From assembly GCF_006345805.1 (NCBI RefSeq), contig NC_043008.1:19592001-19656000 (forward strand): a stretch of DNA of 64,000 nt. Direction: 5' to 3'. The stretch comes from Octopus sinensis. Its lineage: Eukaryota. The position numbers and the translations under genes were made by a program. This document shows positions 25,910 through 40,013 of this stretch, piece by piece; the stretch's first letter is position 1, and every line of letters begins with the position of its first letter. The notes under the pieces are model-generated. The model was not told where the DNA came from, ran no database searches, and worked only from the letters and a program-made list of their open reading frames with translations.

Positions 25910-27498
25910 GTAAGTACGAAACCATGTAACTAATCCGTTTTCGTTAATGACAACTTTCACATACATAGTCTATTGATTTGCAATGATCACATTAAATTTA
26001 ATATGTTTTATCTCTTACTTGTTTCTCTCCTTGTATCGGGAGTGTGATTTGAAGAGGTTAGTAGAAAATATCGACTTACGTTCTGAGTTCAAATTCCGCC
26101 GAGGCCGACTTTGTCTTTCCTAATTTGGGGGTCGAGGAAATAAGTACCAGCTGAGAACTGGGTTTGATGTAATCGACTTACCCTTTTCTCCGAAAATGTT
26201 GGACTTGTGCCAAAATTAAAACAGCATTATGTAACACAAAGAATAATCATAGATACTAGTATAAAAGTATTAAGGTTCTGTATCACACCTCCCATACTAT
26301 TAACAATCCACACTATTCCAAAACTGTAGATTCTTGTGTCAGAAGTATAACACAAGCAACACGGCATATATTTTACGGAATTAACAGCTAAAACTATACG
26401 AAAAATATCAGCTCGTTGTTGCACTCTTTTTAATTTCTCTCAAAACGGTAAATGTTATCTAAAAGCATTTTCTTGAAGCCGTATGGTAAAATTAATTTTA
26501 TTATAATAACATTAGGAAAGCTTCTCAATCAAGCATCCTTTCTTTATTTCAGATGTGAGAAAACGAAAACTTTTTAATTTATGGAAACACATTTTACAGT
26601 TCAATAAATTCTTTTCTTCTTCAAATTATCTCTTACTTTAGAATTTCTGGTGCCTGTAGATTTTTTAAAAGTAATTTTAAATAAAGGTGTTTCTAAATCC
26701 TTCTTCCAAAACGCCTGTATGAATTAGAATTAAGGAGAATAATCTATTAACGTGTCAAAATCCATTGCACGTCGCAATAGATTTTCACTTTATTGTTTTT
26801 GAAATAACAAAGTAAAGTTAGAAATTCAATCTTCATAGAGTAAGTGAAAGGTAGTCAATTTGAGCAGCTTTTGAGAATATATATTGCTGCTTAGAATTAA
26901 TCAGATATGTTTTATTTTAAGAGCTGCGCCCCACAAAATTTGTCGTTACCAACTCTCTTTACTCACGGATGTAATAAAATGCAAGACGTTTTGTGGGCAA
27001 ATTTGCCCAAGGTCTTATAAAGTGGCTCTCGAATTCTTGAATCTGAGGCAATGCATAAGCAGCTGACAAGTGTTCTAAATGGATCTTGTGAAAGATGAAG
27101 ACATAAGTTACACTAGAGTTAACTGTCGTCATTAATAGAAGCGGTAACGGAACTCGGAGTATCTTGGCTCTGAGGCACAATACACATCCACGAGGGGTGC
27201 CGTTCAGACAGTAGTACTTACTGTGGCAAAATCTTGTGACAGTAGAGGAGTATCCACAAGTCATAAGTTGGATCCCTTAGAGGATTTAAGATTAGAAGCA
27301 CTTGCATGAGACGAGTCATACTCTAAAGACTTGTTCAGTTCTCCCTTCAGCTTCCTACTAAATCGCTGTAGAGATGCAGATAGGTATTCGCATAGGCACA
27401 CCCACACACATACATACTATATTAGTCATGCATACATAAATACTACATACATGAATAACAACACGCACTCACACACACACATAATAGACATTTATAAT

Positions 27499-27537
<39 letters not shown>

Positions 27538-27542
27538 TATAT

Positions 27543-27620
27543 AAATTTTGCCTGTACGGTTTTAGCTTGCATCCACTAACATTAATATCTCTCATGAGTA
27601 TTAATGTTCTTTATATATAT

Positions 27621-27663
<43 letters not shown>

Positions 27664-27755
27664 TATATATATATACATATATATATAAATTTTGCCTGTA
27701 CGGTTTTAGCTTGCATCCACTAACATTAATATCTCTCATGAGTATTAATGTTCTT

Positions 27756-27756
<1 letters not shown>
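27543..27756. repeat. Tandem duplication of a ~70-bp unique segment separated by (TA)n
   Basis: aaattttgcctgtacgg...gagtattaatgttcttt at ~27543-27612 and ~27686-27756. Confidence 0.9.
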
Positions 27757-27813
<57 letters not shown>

Positions 27814-28904
27814 ATATATTAGATTATTTTGTTTGCAGTTTACATATATCAGCTATTAAGATAATAAATACCGTAAAAACATGAAGACCGTTACACCTTG
27901 TATAGTTTTATATTGTACCTAACCGTACAAGCCCGTGTCACTTGCTAATTTGCACTGAAAGAAAATTTACAAAATCGATATGCTTCTGCAAATATTTGCT
28001 TGGAAATGACTTATGATAACTAATCGATCTCCTGTATTAATCTTTTCAAATATATAATATGAAAATTGTTTTAACTTCAATGTTGTTTTTTTTAATATTT
28101 CGCAAGCATGCAAAATTAAATAATAAAATATATAATTATGCAAATAACACCAACACACTAAAATTACTGATCTTGTACAAACATTTGGAACCATCATTAT
28201 TACCATTATGTTAATACAATTTGATGTGATATTATTTTGTAAATGTGGCTATAATTATTTTTGTTGATTTCAAATTCTGTCATTCATATTTCACATTGGG
28301 TTTTGACACCCCGTTGAACCGCGGAAATATTTAACATATTCAGTTCAATAGACTGCAAAATATATTCCGTGTGCGTATATGTACACAAACACGTGCACGC
28401 GCGGACAATCTTATACGTAGCATAAAATTAAATGCTATGGAGAACAAAATACATCAGTGTAATGGATCTTTAATAGAAGCTAAGTGTATACGCCATACCT
28501 TCCACAAATTTAATTTCACAAAGATAAACGATGTCAAATGTAAAAACATCTTTTTCCATCATCTACGAATTCCAAGTGCCAACCAAATTCAACCCTTTAA
28601 GCAGCTGTCCAAATAGATCGATTTATAATACTGTATGTACTTAAGTATTTAGACATATGCCAGCCTATAAAATCAAATGTTTACTTTTAGTAAGCAATTT
28701 TACACAAATTGTTAACTACGAATGTCATTGTTAATTTAATACGTAAATTTATGAGTTTTTTACCCTCTTTTTCTTGCACACCATCGTTTTGCTGATCTCC
28801 TTCTTGTCTTTTATAGTTAATTTTTTTCTTAACCATAAGCTATTTTTTGAGATTTCTACCACCGACTACATAAAAAATTCTACTCTTATAATTTTCATCA
28901 CTTT

Positions 28905-29096
28905 CACTTCACTTTGACCGACCAGTCTGTCAGGCGTCCATTTGACACCGCTGGTCACAGCACGCTGTCCACTCCTCTCTGGATCGCGCCTTTCTCATCC
29001 ACGTGATGCCAATCGTCCTCTTGAAATCGTCACTCCACCGTCGTGGAGGTGTTCCGGGTGGTCTTTTCCGCTCACGCGGGTACCACTCGACAACTG
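28905..29096 (-). mobile_element. RTE-clade LINE 3' fragment
   Basis: Minus strand VVEWYPRERKRPPGTPPRRWSDDFKRTIGITWMRKARSREEWTACCDQRCQMDA*, then a short 3' UTR and an (AAGTG)-like tail. Confidence 0.85.
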
Positions 29097-29816
29097 AAAT
29101 ATAAATTACTAAGAAAGCAACTCTGTCTTTTAACTAGGTTTTACACTTTATAGACATTAGAAAGTGAACCCTCTCTCACCGGTTGAATAATAGGCCGATA
29201 ATTCTATTCTTAGCGTGTTTATTCTAAACACGTCTAGGCTGGTTCAGATGATGCAAAATATGTCATTTGTTGTCTGTATACGCAGCAAGAAATAGGTATT
29301 TCGTCTGTCTTTATGTTCTGAATTCAAATTTCGCCGAGGTCGACTTTACCTTTCATTCTTTCGGGGTCGATAAATTAAGTATCAGTTGCGTAGTGAGGTC
29401 CATTTAATCGACTGTCTTCTTCCACCAAAATTTCGAGCTTTGTGCCTAGAGTAGAGAAGATGAAAGAAGAAACAAGAATAACTGTATTAGCACCAAACTT
29501 CACATCACGATTCTTGAAAAGCAAATACATAGTCGTTATTTATTTCACTTTATTGTAAGAAGAAATAGCAATTGCTCGGTTTATTGCTATCAAAGGACAA
29601 CTATAGCGGTCCATAAAGTGTTAATTCTAAGAAAACTCGTAATTTCCATTCACCGTTATTACCATTTCTCATTGTGTAAACACTTGGTATATGCGATAAA
29701 ATCATTCCTAAAGTCAGCACAATCGTTTTCATGTTGAACAAATCATAAAATATGTGATTTCACGAGTATGGTTGCTAATGTATTATTTTCATTTTAATAT
29801 TACTTACAATATTTAG

Positions 29817-29889
29817 TATGCCGAGCTGAGACACCGGTGTGCCTGTATCAATGGATGTGGCAAAGCTGCTGTTAACTTCACTCGACCAG
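29817..29889 (+). CDS. Internal coding exon C (YAELRHRCACINGCGKAAVNFTRP)
   Basis: Acceptor caatatttAG, donor AG|GTACGT; phase 0 to 1 continues exon B; Cys cluster and NFT sequon. Confidence 0.75.
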
Positions 29890-30666
29890 GTACGTAGAAA
29901 TATTCTTTTATATTTATGATAGATTTAGTAATATTCAATTATTAATCTCGAAATATACCACTACTTTCAGTCTAAATAGAAGGAAAACGAAGGCGCGTTG
30001 ATATTAGTATATTGCCGAGAACAGAATCAATAAACTTTTAGATTAAATGTCATACTGTGTTATGTCTCTTTTGGTTCTGAGTTTGACTATAACGCAACGG
30101 ATATCCACTATCTGTTATAGTCTTTCGTGACTCAAAATGTAAGTAAGTTCCATTGAATTATAGGAATTGATTTCTTACTCCGGAATTTGTGACGTTTCAA
30201 CGTTAAACTATACCGATGTTATCTCGCCGCTGAAAAAGCGTTATAGCTGTACTTGGTTGCGTCCCTTATCTTTCTGATTTAAAATCATGCTAAAACCGAC
30301 ATCGAGTTATATCATTTTAACGACGACTTCAGAATAATATAAGTTGTTTATCATTCTGTATTTAACTGGAAAGGCTTGTGGCCAACCAGTTAGAAGTATT
30401 GACTCACGATCATGAGGGTGTGGTTTTGATTAGTAGATCAGGCAGCATGATGTGCTATTAAGAAAATAATGTCAAGCTACTTTATTACACTCAGCTGAAA
30501 AGAGTATCAGTCTAGTCCTGGTGTGATTGTCTCTCCCTTAGCTATTGCAACTTCGATGATTCTCACGGCCAAGGTTCAAAGGGCTAAGAAAATGTCTATG
30601 CCTGCTTGCAACTACAATAGGTTCTAAAACAGCGTAAATGATAAAGGAAAAACAATGAGCTTCTTT

Positions 30667-30709
<43 letters not shown>

Positions 30710-31454
30710 ATTCATGCGATAACAGTTTGGGTGTAGTTCTATATTTGATGTTTATATTTTGGAACTAGCTCACTTTATAATATCTCTTGCCCACGATTAA
30801 ATCCTTCTGCAGCAAGACGACTGTGCATTTACGATTCCATGTATATCTAAATTACTTCAGTTCAATCTAAAAATAGTTTAAGAAATGTTGCATCTATTGC
30901 ACGACACGCCATTTTCCTTACGTTATCGCTATGAAAATATGATACCTTCAAACATTTGAAAGCCATTATTTAGAAAATAGGTTGTTCAGTGTTACAGAAA
31001 TGGATATCTACTAGTCATTGTATCATATGAGATAAAACATAATGAAGGTGATATCCGGAAGATCAATACAGTTGATAAATATGAAATTATTCCACGAAGA
31101 CTCAAACAACGAAGTCACTTAATAGACTTGTTTGTCATATAAATTACTGTGGCAATGATATTACTTAAGGCTATGTTCTTTCAAGTAGTTTGTAGTGTGA
31201 TATGGAAGGACTAAGAAAACAGTGGCGAAAATTAATTGCAGTACAGGAAAATCGTCTTTTACGGTATTGAAATAAACAAAACTGTTAAATAAACGGCACC
31301 CAGAAAAGAAAAGGAAGGGAAGTGTCCGTTAAGGAGAGCCACGGGAACATTTGATAATTTCCGTTAATTAAATGATTGTCATGAAAAGAAAGTTTTCACT
31401 GTATCTAAAGTACAGTACAGTATTTTATTTTGCAATACCTATATATTTATTGTA

Positions 31455-31700
31455 GAGGCGCATGGCTTAGTGGTTAGGGTGTCAGCATCATGATCGTAAG
31501 ATTGTGGTTTCGATGCCTGGACCGAGCGACGTGTTGTGTTCTTGAGTAAAACACTTCATTTCACGTAGCTCCAGTTCACTCAGCTGGCAAAAATGAGTAA
31601 CGCTGCGATGGACTGGCGTCCCGTCCAGCTGGGGAACACATACGCCACAGAAACCGGGAAACCGGGCCCATGAGCCTGGCTAGGCTTTAAAAGGGCACAG
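31455..31700 (+). mobile_element. SINE family D
   Basis: Aligns with 17614-17860. Confidence 0.85.
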
Positions 31701-34419
31701 AAAGATATATTTATTACGTTAATACAACGGGTTTGTTACCTGAATTATGCTTATATTTCTTCCTTATATCTCTCATTTCTACTATATTCTGGGTTACGTA
31801 TCTAAACAATTCAGTTAACCAGCAACTTTTCTGTCCTAGTAGTATCGGATTAGAGGATAGTTACTGTATTGAATTTTTACCTCTTAAACAAATAGCGTAG
31901 ATTTCCTGTTACACCAGCTGCTATAAATTAATTAATCTTTCTTAAAAGAAATATGTAGCATTGAAAATATGAATTTTGTATTACAAAATAAGAAACGTAA
32001 ATATTGAGTGAGAAATTTCGTGGATATAGTTACCAACCTTAGCAACAGCGAGTAAAGGACATGTAGGGATATACCTAACAGAGGATAGAGTTAGAGTTAT
32101 GCGCTGTGTATCGGAAAAGGAAGTCCACTGTACGTTACTAATTTCATAAGTAATAACCATTTTTGTTATAAAACATCTGGGCGGGGAATAGAATAGAATC
32201 GGTAAAGCAAGTGATAGAGAAAAAAGTTACTAAGTTTTAATATCTCTTTATGTTTCAAGATCAAATAGGAATGATATAGATTTTCCTTCCCTATGTTTGT
32301 GGTCGATAAGATAGAATTTAATTGAATTCAAATCTCCTTTAAATTTGCATGTCTTTGAACCTACTGAAAAATCAATTAATATGCTTTTGCTTGTTAGAAA
32401 CTCCTTCTAGTTTGGTAGGTTGACTCTATTATATTATTGATTTCATACTTAGCTACAAAACCGCACGTTTAGAGAAGAAGCGAGAAGTAGTTCTTTGATG
32501 TTTCACTCATACCTTTCATCTTGTTAGGAGGATATACGTGTAGCCATACAACTTTAAATACGAATCGAACAACAATCTCATCTCGGTGAGAAGTCTTTCT
32601 TCTTCTGTACGATTCGCATCTTGTAACGCCAAATAATAAGAAATATTATTTTGTTTGGATGGGTAAATTACATGTAGCTATCATGAAATATTTCATCTTT
32701 CCGTGAATGACAAAGTGTAATGTCGTTTTACTCAAGTTATAGATACTGAAATTTCAGATAGCAATAATTGTATTATAGAAAATATAGTAACTTTTCGTAA
32801 CCAATATAACACCTGATGAGGATTGCGAGATTTCATTGCGTATTATGTTTGGTGGACAGTCGAAATCTGGTGGTGGCCACGTGCAGGATTGAGATCAATC
32901 TCAGCGAATACATGCTGTGAGAAAGCGGAAGTTCTAACCCCGTACAAGACTTAAATCCGCTAAGAAAAATTGACCTCGAGAAGTTTTTGATCTCAGAAAG
33001 CAGTGAGATGGAGCATAGGCCAAATGGTACTCTATTTGATGCTCATACGTCTCGTATAACATTGTGTCTTATATCGACAATCCTTAATCGATTGGCAGAA
33101 TTGCTAGATGGTCCGTCAAAAATGTCATTTAGTAATTCTTCTAGGTCTTTACAATCTCTGTTTCAATCCCAACGGGAGCATCAGAGTCTTTATACTCACC
33201 AGGTTCATGGAATGCAGGTTCATCGATTACATTGATACCGAAGTTCAATTGGCACTTATTTCATTGATCCCGAAAGGATGAATAGCAAAGTCGACCTCGG
33301 CGGAATTTGAGCTCAGAACGTAAAAACGGATGAAATGCCGGTAAACGTTTTGCTCGGCGTGCTAACAATTCTACCAGATCACCTTTTATTTTTATAATAT
33401 TAACAACAACAGCCTAGACTGACTGACACTCCGTCGCTTACGACGACGAGGGTTCTAGTTGATCCGAACAACGGAACAGACTGCTCGTGAAATTAACGTG
33501 CAAGTGGCTGAGCACTCCACAAACACACGTACCCTTCACATAGTTCCAAGGGGTATTTAGTGTGTCGCAGATTGTGATAAGGCTGGCACTTCGAATTACA
33601 GGTACAACACATTATTACCAGCTGAGTGGACTGGAGCAACGTGAAATAATGTGTGTTGCCGAAGGACACAACTCGCCACCGAAAATCGAAACCACGCCCT
33701 TACGATCGTGATCAGAATACACCTAACTACTAAGCCACGCCCCTAGACACAACAGCAACCACAGAAGGAGGCGCAATGGCCCAGTGGTTATGGCAGTGGA
33801 CTCGCGGTCTTAAGAACGCTGTTTCGATTCCTAGTCTGGGCATTGTGTGTGTTTATTGAGTATAAAAACCTAAGCTCCATGAGGCTCCGTCGGGGGATGG
33901 TGGTGAACCCAGCTCTGCTCTTTCACCACAACTTTCTTCCTACTTCTACCACAAATCAGAGGAACCATGGTGTAACCCATTATGGTGTGGTAAACTTTCA
34001 AACCCTAGTCTAGATTGCGACTAGGTACTTATTTCATTGAACTCCAAGAGATGAAAAGCAAAATCAAGCTCACAGGAATGTGAACTCAGGACGTAAAGGA
34101 ATGTCGCTTAGCATTTTGGTCAAGCTGCTAATAATTCTGCCACCTTGGCACCTTCTCCAAAAGACTCAACACCTGAAATTTTGGAGAAGGGAGATAATCG
34201 AATACATCGGTCGCAATGTTTGACCGGTATTTAGTTTTCTCGACCCAGAACGGATGAAATGCAAAGTGAATCTCGGCAGGATTTGATCTAAGAACATGGA
34301 AAACCGAAAGAAATGACGCTAATGATTTCGTGATAATAATAAAAGGAATAATATAATAATGATAATATTAAAAAGAATAATAATAATAATGATCTTGTCT
34401 ACAATAGGCAGAAGGCCAG

Positions 34420-34800
<381 letters not shown>

Positions 34801-35889
34801 TCCTATGTGCCTGTACGTGTGTGAGTGTTTATACATACATACATACATGCATACATACATACATTTACATATACACTCTCACACATGTATGTTTGTTTTT
34901 ACTGAATCTGCTTAATCCATTCTATAGCCGGGAACAAAGCGTGCAGTTCAAATGAAAATTGTTAAACAAACATTGCTTACCTTCGTTATAGTTTCGTTTT
35001 GTGTTCAGAAACAAAAGTGAAAATAACTTAAAATATAATAATAAGTTGGATATAATCACATTTGTTGAATTATATTCAGCGTAAAAATATTTGGATTATC
35101 TGTTATAAATCCTAGGTGGATTAAGAAAAGAAAAACAGCATAAGTATATAAATAATTGAATTTGTTTTAGAATTGCCTTAAATGTAACGTGAAAAATAGT
35201 GAGAAAGTAAAATTAAGCGTTGGATTAAACGAAATAATTGTTCTTGCATTTTAATAGAAAACTAGAACGGCAGCCATGAGATTGTTATATGACTTATTTA
35301 TGACTTTATTTATTCTGTATACAGTACGATGCCATAAGTGAACCTCTATGCCGGCATACAACCTGCTAGAAATAGCTGCTAAATTTTTCTAAACTGATAC
35401 AAAAATTAATTTCATCTCATAAATAATTTGATATTTATTTTATACAAACATGAAAAGTTGGGACGAAATAATCCTGTTTAATGGCCTGAAATTATGTGAA
35501 AGGGGGGTTGCGCGTTGACATCGATCCAAGTACTCAACTGGTAGTTATTTCATCGACTCTGAAAGGAAGACATGCAAAGTCGACCTCAGCGGAATTTGAA
35601 CTCTGAAAGTAAAGACAACCGAAATGTCACTAAGAGTATCATCCAGCATGCTTGCAGTTCATCGCCTTATAATATATTTCTTTACTCTAATCAGTTCTAC
35701 TAAAGTCACAACACCTGAAATTTGAGGGAGGGACGGGACAAGTTGATTACATCGACCCCAGTACTCAACTGGTACATATCCTATCGACCCCGAAGGGTGA
35801 AAGGCAAAGTCGACTACGGCGGAATTTCAGCTTCACCGCCTTATATTAACGGATTCAAATTTTGGCACAAAGCGAGAATTTTTGAGGAT

Positions 35890-36317
35890 AGGCGCAGGAG
35901 TGGCTGTGTGGTAAGTAGCTTGCTTACCAATCACATGGTTCCGAGTTCAGTCCCACTGCGTGGCAACTTGGCCATGTGTCTTCTACTATAGCCTCGGGCC
36001 GACAAAAGCCTTGTGAGTGGATTTGGTAGACGGAAACTGAAAGAAGCCCGTCCTATATATGTATATATAAATATGTATGTGTGTGCATATGTTTGTGTGT
36101 CTGTGTTTGCTACCCCCCCCCACAACATGGCATGAAAATCGATGCTGGTGTGTTTACGTCCCCTTAACGTGCCCGGTTCGGCAAAAGAGACCGATAGAAT
36201 AAGTACTAGGCTTACAAAGAATAAATCCTGGAGTCGATTTGCTCGCCTGAAGGCGGTGCTCCAGCATGGCCACAGTCATATGACTGAAACAAGTAAGAGA
36301 GTATAAGAGTAAAGAGT
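35890..36317 (+). mobile_element. SINE family A, full length
   Basis: Same head, core and tail as 19702. Confidence 0.9.
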
Positions 36318-36548
36318 AGGAAGAAGTCCTTTACATTTCATCCGTCTCTACTTTCTGAGTTCAAATTCCCTGAGATTGACTTTGCCTTTCGTCTTTTCCG
36401 AGTCGATGAAATAAGTACCAGATGGAGATTGGGGTTAATCAAATCGACATAACCGCTCCCCCATAATTGCCTGTCATGTGCCAAAATTTGAAAGCATTAA
36501 TGTATGTCTTCTTTATGTATTCAAGCTTTTCTTTGCTTTATTTTGCAG

Positions 36549-36710
36549 TCCTTATATCAACAAACGAAACGGAGAAGGCCGTATCCAGCGAAAAGGATGG
36601 CATGCTGACTGGCTTAATAGTAGGTGGAATTGCCTTGTTGATGGTTATTGTTCTCATAGTCGGGCTCTGCCACAGTTCATCCTCAATTACTTTTTACCAA
36701 AAACTTCCAA
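36549..36710 (+). CDS. Transmembrane exon D (VLISTNETEKAVSSEKDG-MLTGLIVGGIALLMVIVLIVGLC-HSSSSITFYQKLP)
   Basis: Pyrimidine-rich acceptor ctttattttgcAG, donor GTAAAT at 36711; 162 nt, phase 1 to 1; ~23-residue hydrophobic stretch; NET sequon before it. Confidence 0.8.
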
Positions 36711-38249
36711 GTAAATATATTTGATTTTATAAACGTTTTCATTTACTCTATTAGTCTTTGTGTAACCCAAATCGAATTTTGATTTAAGCTTCTTTAGATA
36801 ATTTCTTCTTTACCGTTTGTTTTTCTTTCTGTTTTTGAGAAGGCGAAATATTTTGAATCCTCAAAAAGATAAACCTGATATATTTTTATAATCCAAATAT
36901 CAGAAGCAGAGAACGGTGGTGAGATGAGATATGTATGGAAATGGGAATGAAGAAATATCGGGAAGTTATTTCAACAGATAATATATATGGAGTGGAGAAG
37001 TATGTAAAGAAATAATCAATGGTGGACAGAAAGATCGAACGAGAGAGAGAGAGAAAGAAAGAACAGAAAGGGAAAACACTAGTGAAATTTTAATTAGTAT
37101 TACAATAGTATGAGAAAATATAAATACAAATTTAGGTTTATAAAAACATTTCGCTTTTATGATATCGGAAACGAAATACGAAAACTCCAAAGAAATTTTA
37201 AAAAGATTTTAAAAAATAAGCTTCAATCAATTATCAGATATTTCCTATCTGATACTAATCTCCTTTTACTCAGATAAACTCTGTGGTAAAAGAAAATTCG
37301 TTTTTGTTTAAATTTTGCTTTAAATTTTGATACTTTATACTGAAACACTTCTAATAACCTTTGGGGTTAAATTCATTGGATTTTCATGCATTTGTGTTTG
37401 ACGTTTTATCGAATTTAGTGGGAAGGATGGTGAAATGCAATATAGATATTAGAAGCTAATAACTAAATATAATTTTGCCTGACTTCATTGTCAATTGATC
37501 GTTGCCCCTCTTCACTATTTGCACATAATTAATTACAGTTTAATTATTAGTTTGAGAAACAAAAGAAGACTACGAAAATACTATATAATCTGAAATAGAT
37601 TATGAGACGACATATCCCTGAGAGCCAAGTCCTTATCATTATTCATGTAGAGCTCTGTAAGTTCGTATCCTGCCGCTAACACTGATATATAGCATTGCCA
37701 ACACACCAAAGTATCAGAGACTCATAATAGAGACACGAAAATTAAGATCGTAGAAAACAAGTAACCTACACTACAAGAAACAATGAATTACATAAACGAT
37801 CGAAGAGCGATATGAAAATTTAATGCAAATGTCAGTCACTAAAGCCATCTACTTCTACATCAGCACCTTAATAATTATTTCTAACTCAGACGCAATGCTC
37901 CATTTTATGGTCATGATATCGGAGTCAATACGTTACCTGTACTTTATTTTATAGAACCCCACTCACTTCCCCGGAGTGATTAAAAACTGAAGACATTTGG
38001 CTTAGTAGTAAAGGTGTTTGTTCAAAGTTCATGGTTTCGATTCCGGAACAAGCCGCTCCTTTGTGTTCTTGAGCAAAACGCTTCGAAACCATGTCACGTT
38101 GCTTCAGTATATTAAGCAGTGAATAAGTCTACGAAAGACTGGTGTCTCGTTCAGGGATGGAGTCTGGTGATCTCGGTCACTTATACGCCATGGAAACCGT
38201 GTTGCCGTCCATGTGCGGTCTCGGACTCAAGACGGTAAAATCTCCAATG

Positions 38250-38590
38250 GTTAATTATGATGGAGCATTGAAAAGCGTAGTTAATCACGTCGGGACTTGA
38301 ACTTACGACATAAGGAGTCGGAAGAATCCTCGACAACATTTTCCCTGATACTTCATCGACTCTGTCTCTCATGCTTAATTCTTTCTACAATAGGCACAAT
38401 GCCTGTAATTTGATGGGAGGGGTCTAGTCGACTACATCGACCCCAGTGTTTCACTGATACTTAATTTATCGACCTCAAAAGGCTGAAAGGCAAAGTCGAC
38501 CTCGGCGAAATTTTAACACAGATCGAAAACACGGACGAAATGCCGTTAAGCTTTTTGCCCGGAGTGTTAACGATTTTTCCAGCTCGCCGC
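38250..38590 (-). mobile_element. Family B SINEs, inverted (other minus copies at ~24948-25140, ~33234-33385, ~34020-34320, ~35505-35842)
   Basis: Reverse complement of the family B core. Confidence 0.8.
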
Positions 38591-38945
38591 CATTTTCCTT
38601 TATAATGGTTTCAAATTTTGCCACAAGTGTAGGTTTTACCTGCTCGCCGCCATTCCTTCTTAATAATAATGATTTACAACAATGGCAAAACACCACATGT
38701 ATATTGATTAATTTTTATTTATTTTCTATTGGCGGTAGAGGAAAGTAATTTACTCTTTCTTTTAACCACTACTTCTCGCTTTGTTTTTAATAATAATAAT
38801 AATCCATAAAAGTGGCATATTTCTAGACATTTTCGTGCGTGATTGTAGAGTTGATTAATATGATCTTCTATTTGGATTCATACATAAATCAATCTCAGAA
38901 GTGGGATAGCCAAACATAGGAAGTAATAGACGATGATGGTGACTA

Positions 38946-39164
38946 ATGAGCCCGTTGGCTGACATTGTAGATCAAGCTGGCCCACTCACTACAATCCAAT
39001 GCATTTTCGATCAACTCGCTTTAATTCGGTTTGAAAAATGCGTGATTTTTCGAAAGCAATACTCCTTTCTGAATTCTATCCTTGATGGTGATGACAAGCA
39101 ATTCTTTCCCAATTCACCTCCCAACTTTCAAATTGTTTCAGTAAGGACTTTATATAATCTTTAA
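38946..39164 (+). mobile_element. Possible additional mariner fragment
   Basis: RKQYSFLNSILDGDDK resembles the FLxRIxTGDEK first catalytic Asp motif. Confidence 0.3.
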
Positions 39165-39215
39165 ATCGTAGGCTTAGCTCCTGTTGGGGTGCTTACAGTA
39201 CAGAATTTGGCCATA

Positions 39216-40013
39216 TACAAGAGATGCTATCAAAACGTTCACGAACAAGTTCTATAGCACACCAAAAGGTTGCGGAACACAGTTGCATGTGCAATGGGAG
39301 CTAGCAGTGCCATTCATCACTGTGACATCATAATAGTGAGCCGAGTGGTATCGCTGTATTTATTTTGTACCTTGTGAAATTTGTGTTTTTGTGATGTATT
39401 GTGCGTTAAATTGAGACGTTAGCTACAGTGACATTGAGCATTCCTCGGCAAGCTTAAGGCGACAAGGCATTGGATCGAAAGTAAGGTTTCGAGTAGCACG
39501 GATTCTTCAAAAGCAGAGCAACATCCCTGGAATAGGATGCGCGATATGGAAGTGCCTCAGTCCTGCCAATTGAGAGTTTAACTGCGACATTTTGAAGCGT
39601 TTTGGGGAGGACATTCGATGAAAGCGACCGGGAGCGCGAAAACTGGAATTTTCCCGATGGCAATGCATCCTGTCACCGAGCTCTCATCACTTGTGAGTTT
39701 CTCTCTCAAAGCATGGCATCGCTTCCATACCTACCCTATTCACCAGATTTAGCACCTGCAGACTTCTGTCTCTTCCGAAGCTCAAATGCCGTCTTAACAC
39801 CTTTCTAGATATCCTGAGCGAATCGCAGAAGGTCCTCGACTCGCTTACGAAAAAGGACTTCCAGGCAGGATTCCAAAATTGGCTAGAATTCTGGGGCTAG
39901 TGTGTTGCTGTGCAAGATATCTATTTCGAAGGAGATGATATTAAAACTTAGTTAAATAAGTAATTTTTTTATTAAGCATAACTAGTCCTAGAACCTTTTG
40001 GGATCACCTTGTA
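39216..40013 (+). mobile_element. Internally deleted mariner-like element with degenerate TIRs
   Basis: PYSPDLAPADF motif and DGNASCH (DNA..H-like); ends TA-CAAGAGATGCTATCAAAACGTTC and GAACCTTTTGGGATCACCTTG-TA. Confidence 0.8.

Noticed and set aside
26959-27264. Minus-strand ORF with GTPRGCVL resembling the RT GVPQG motif
   Set aside because: No YADD or other RT motifs at the expected spacing.
32987-33235. 82-aa plus ORF; antisense DLEELLNDI loosely RT-like
   Set aside because: No splice context or diagnostic motif; too weak to call.
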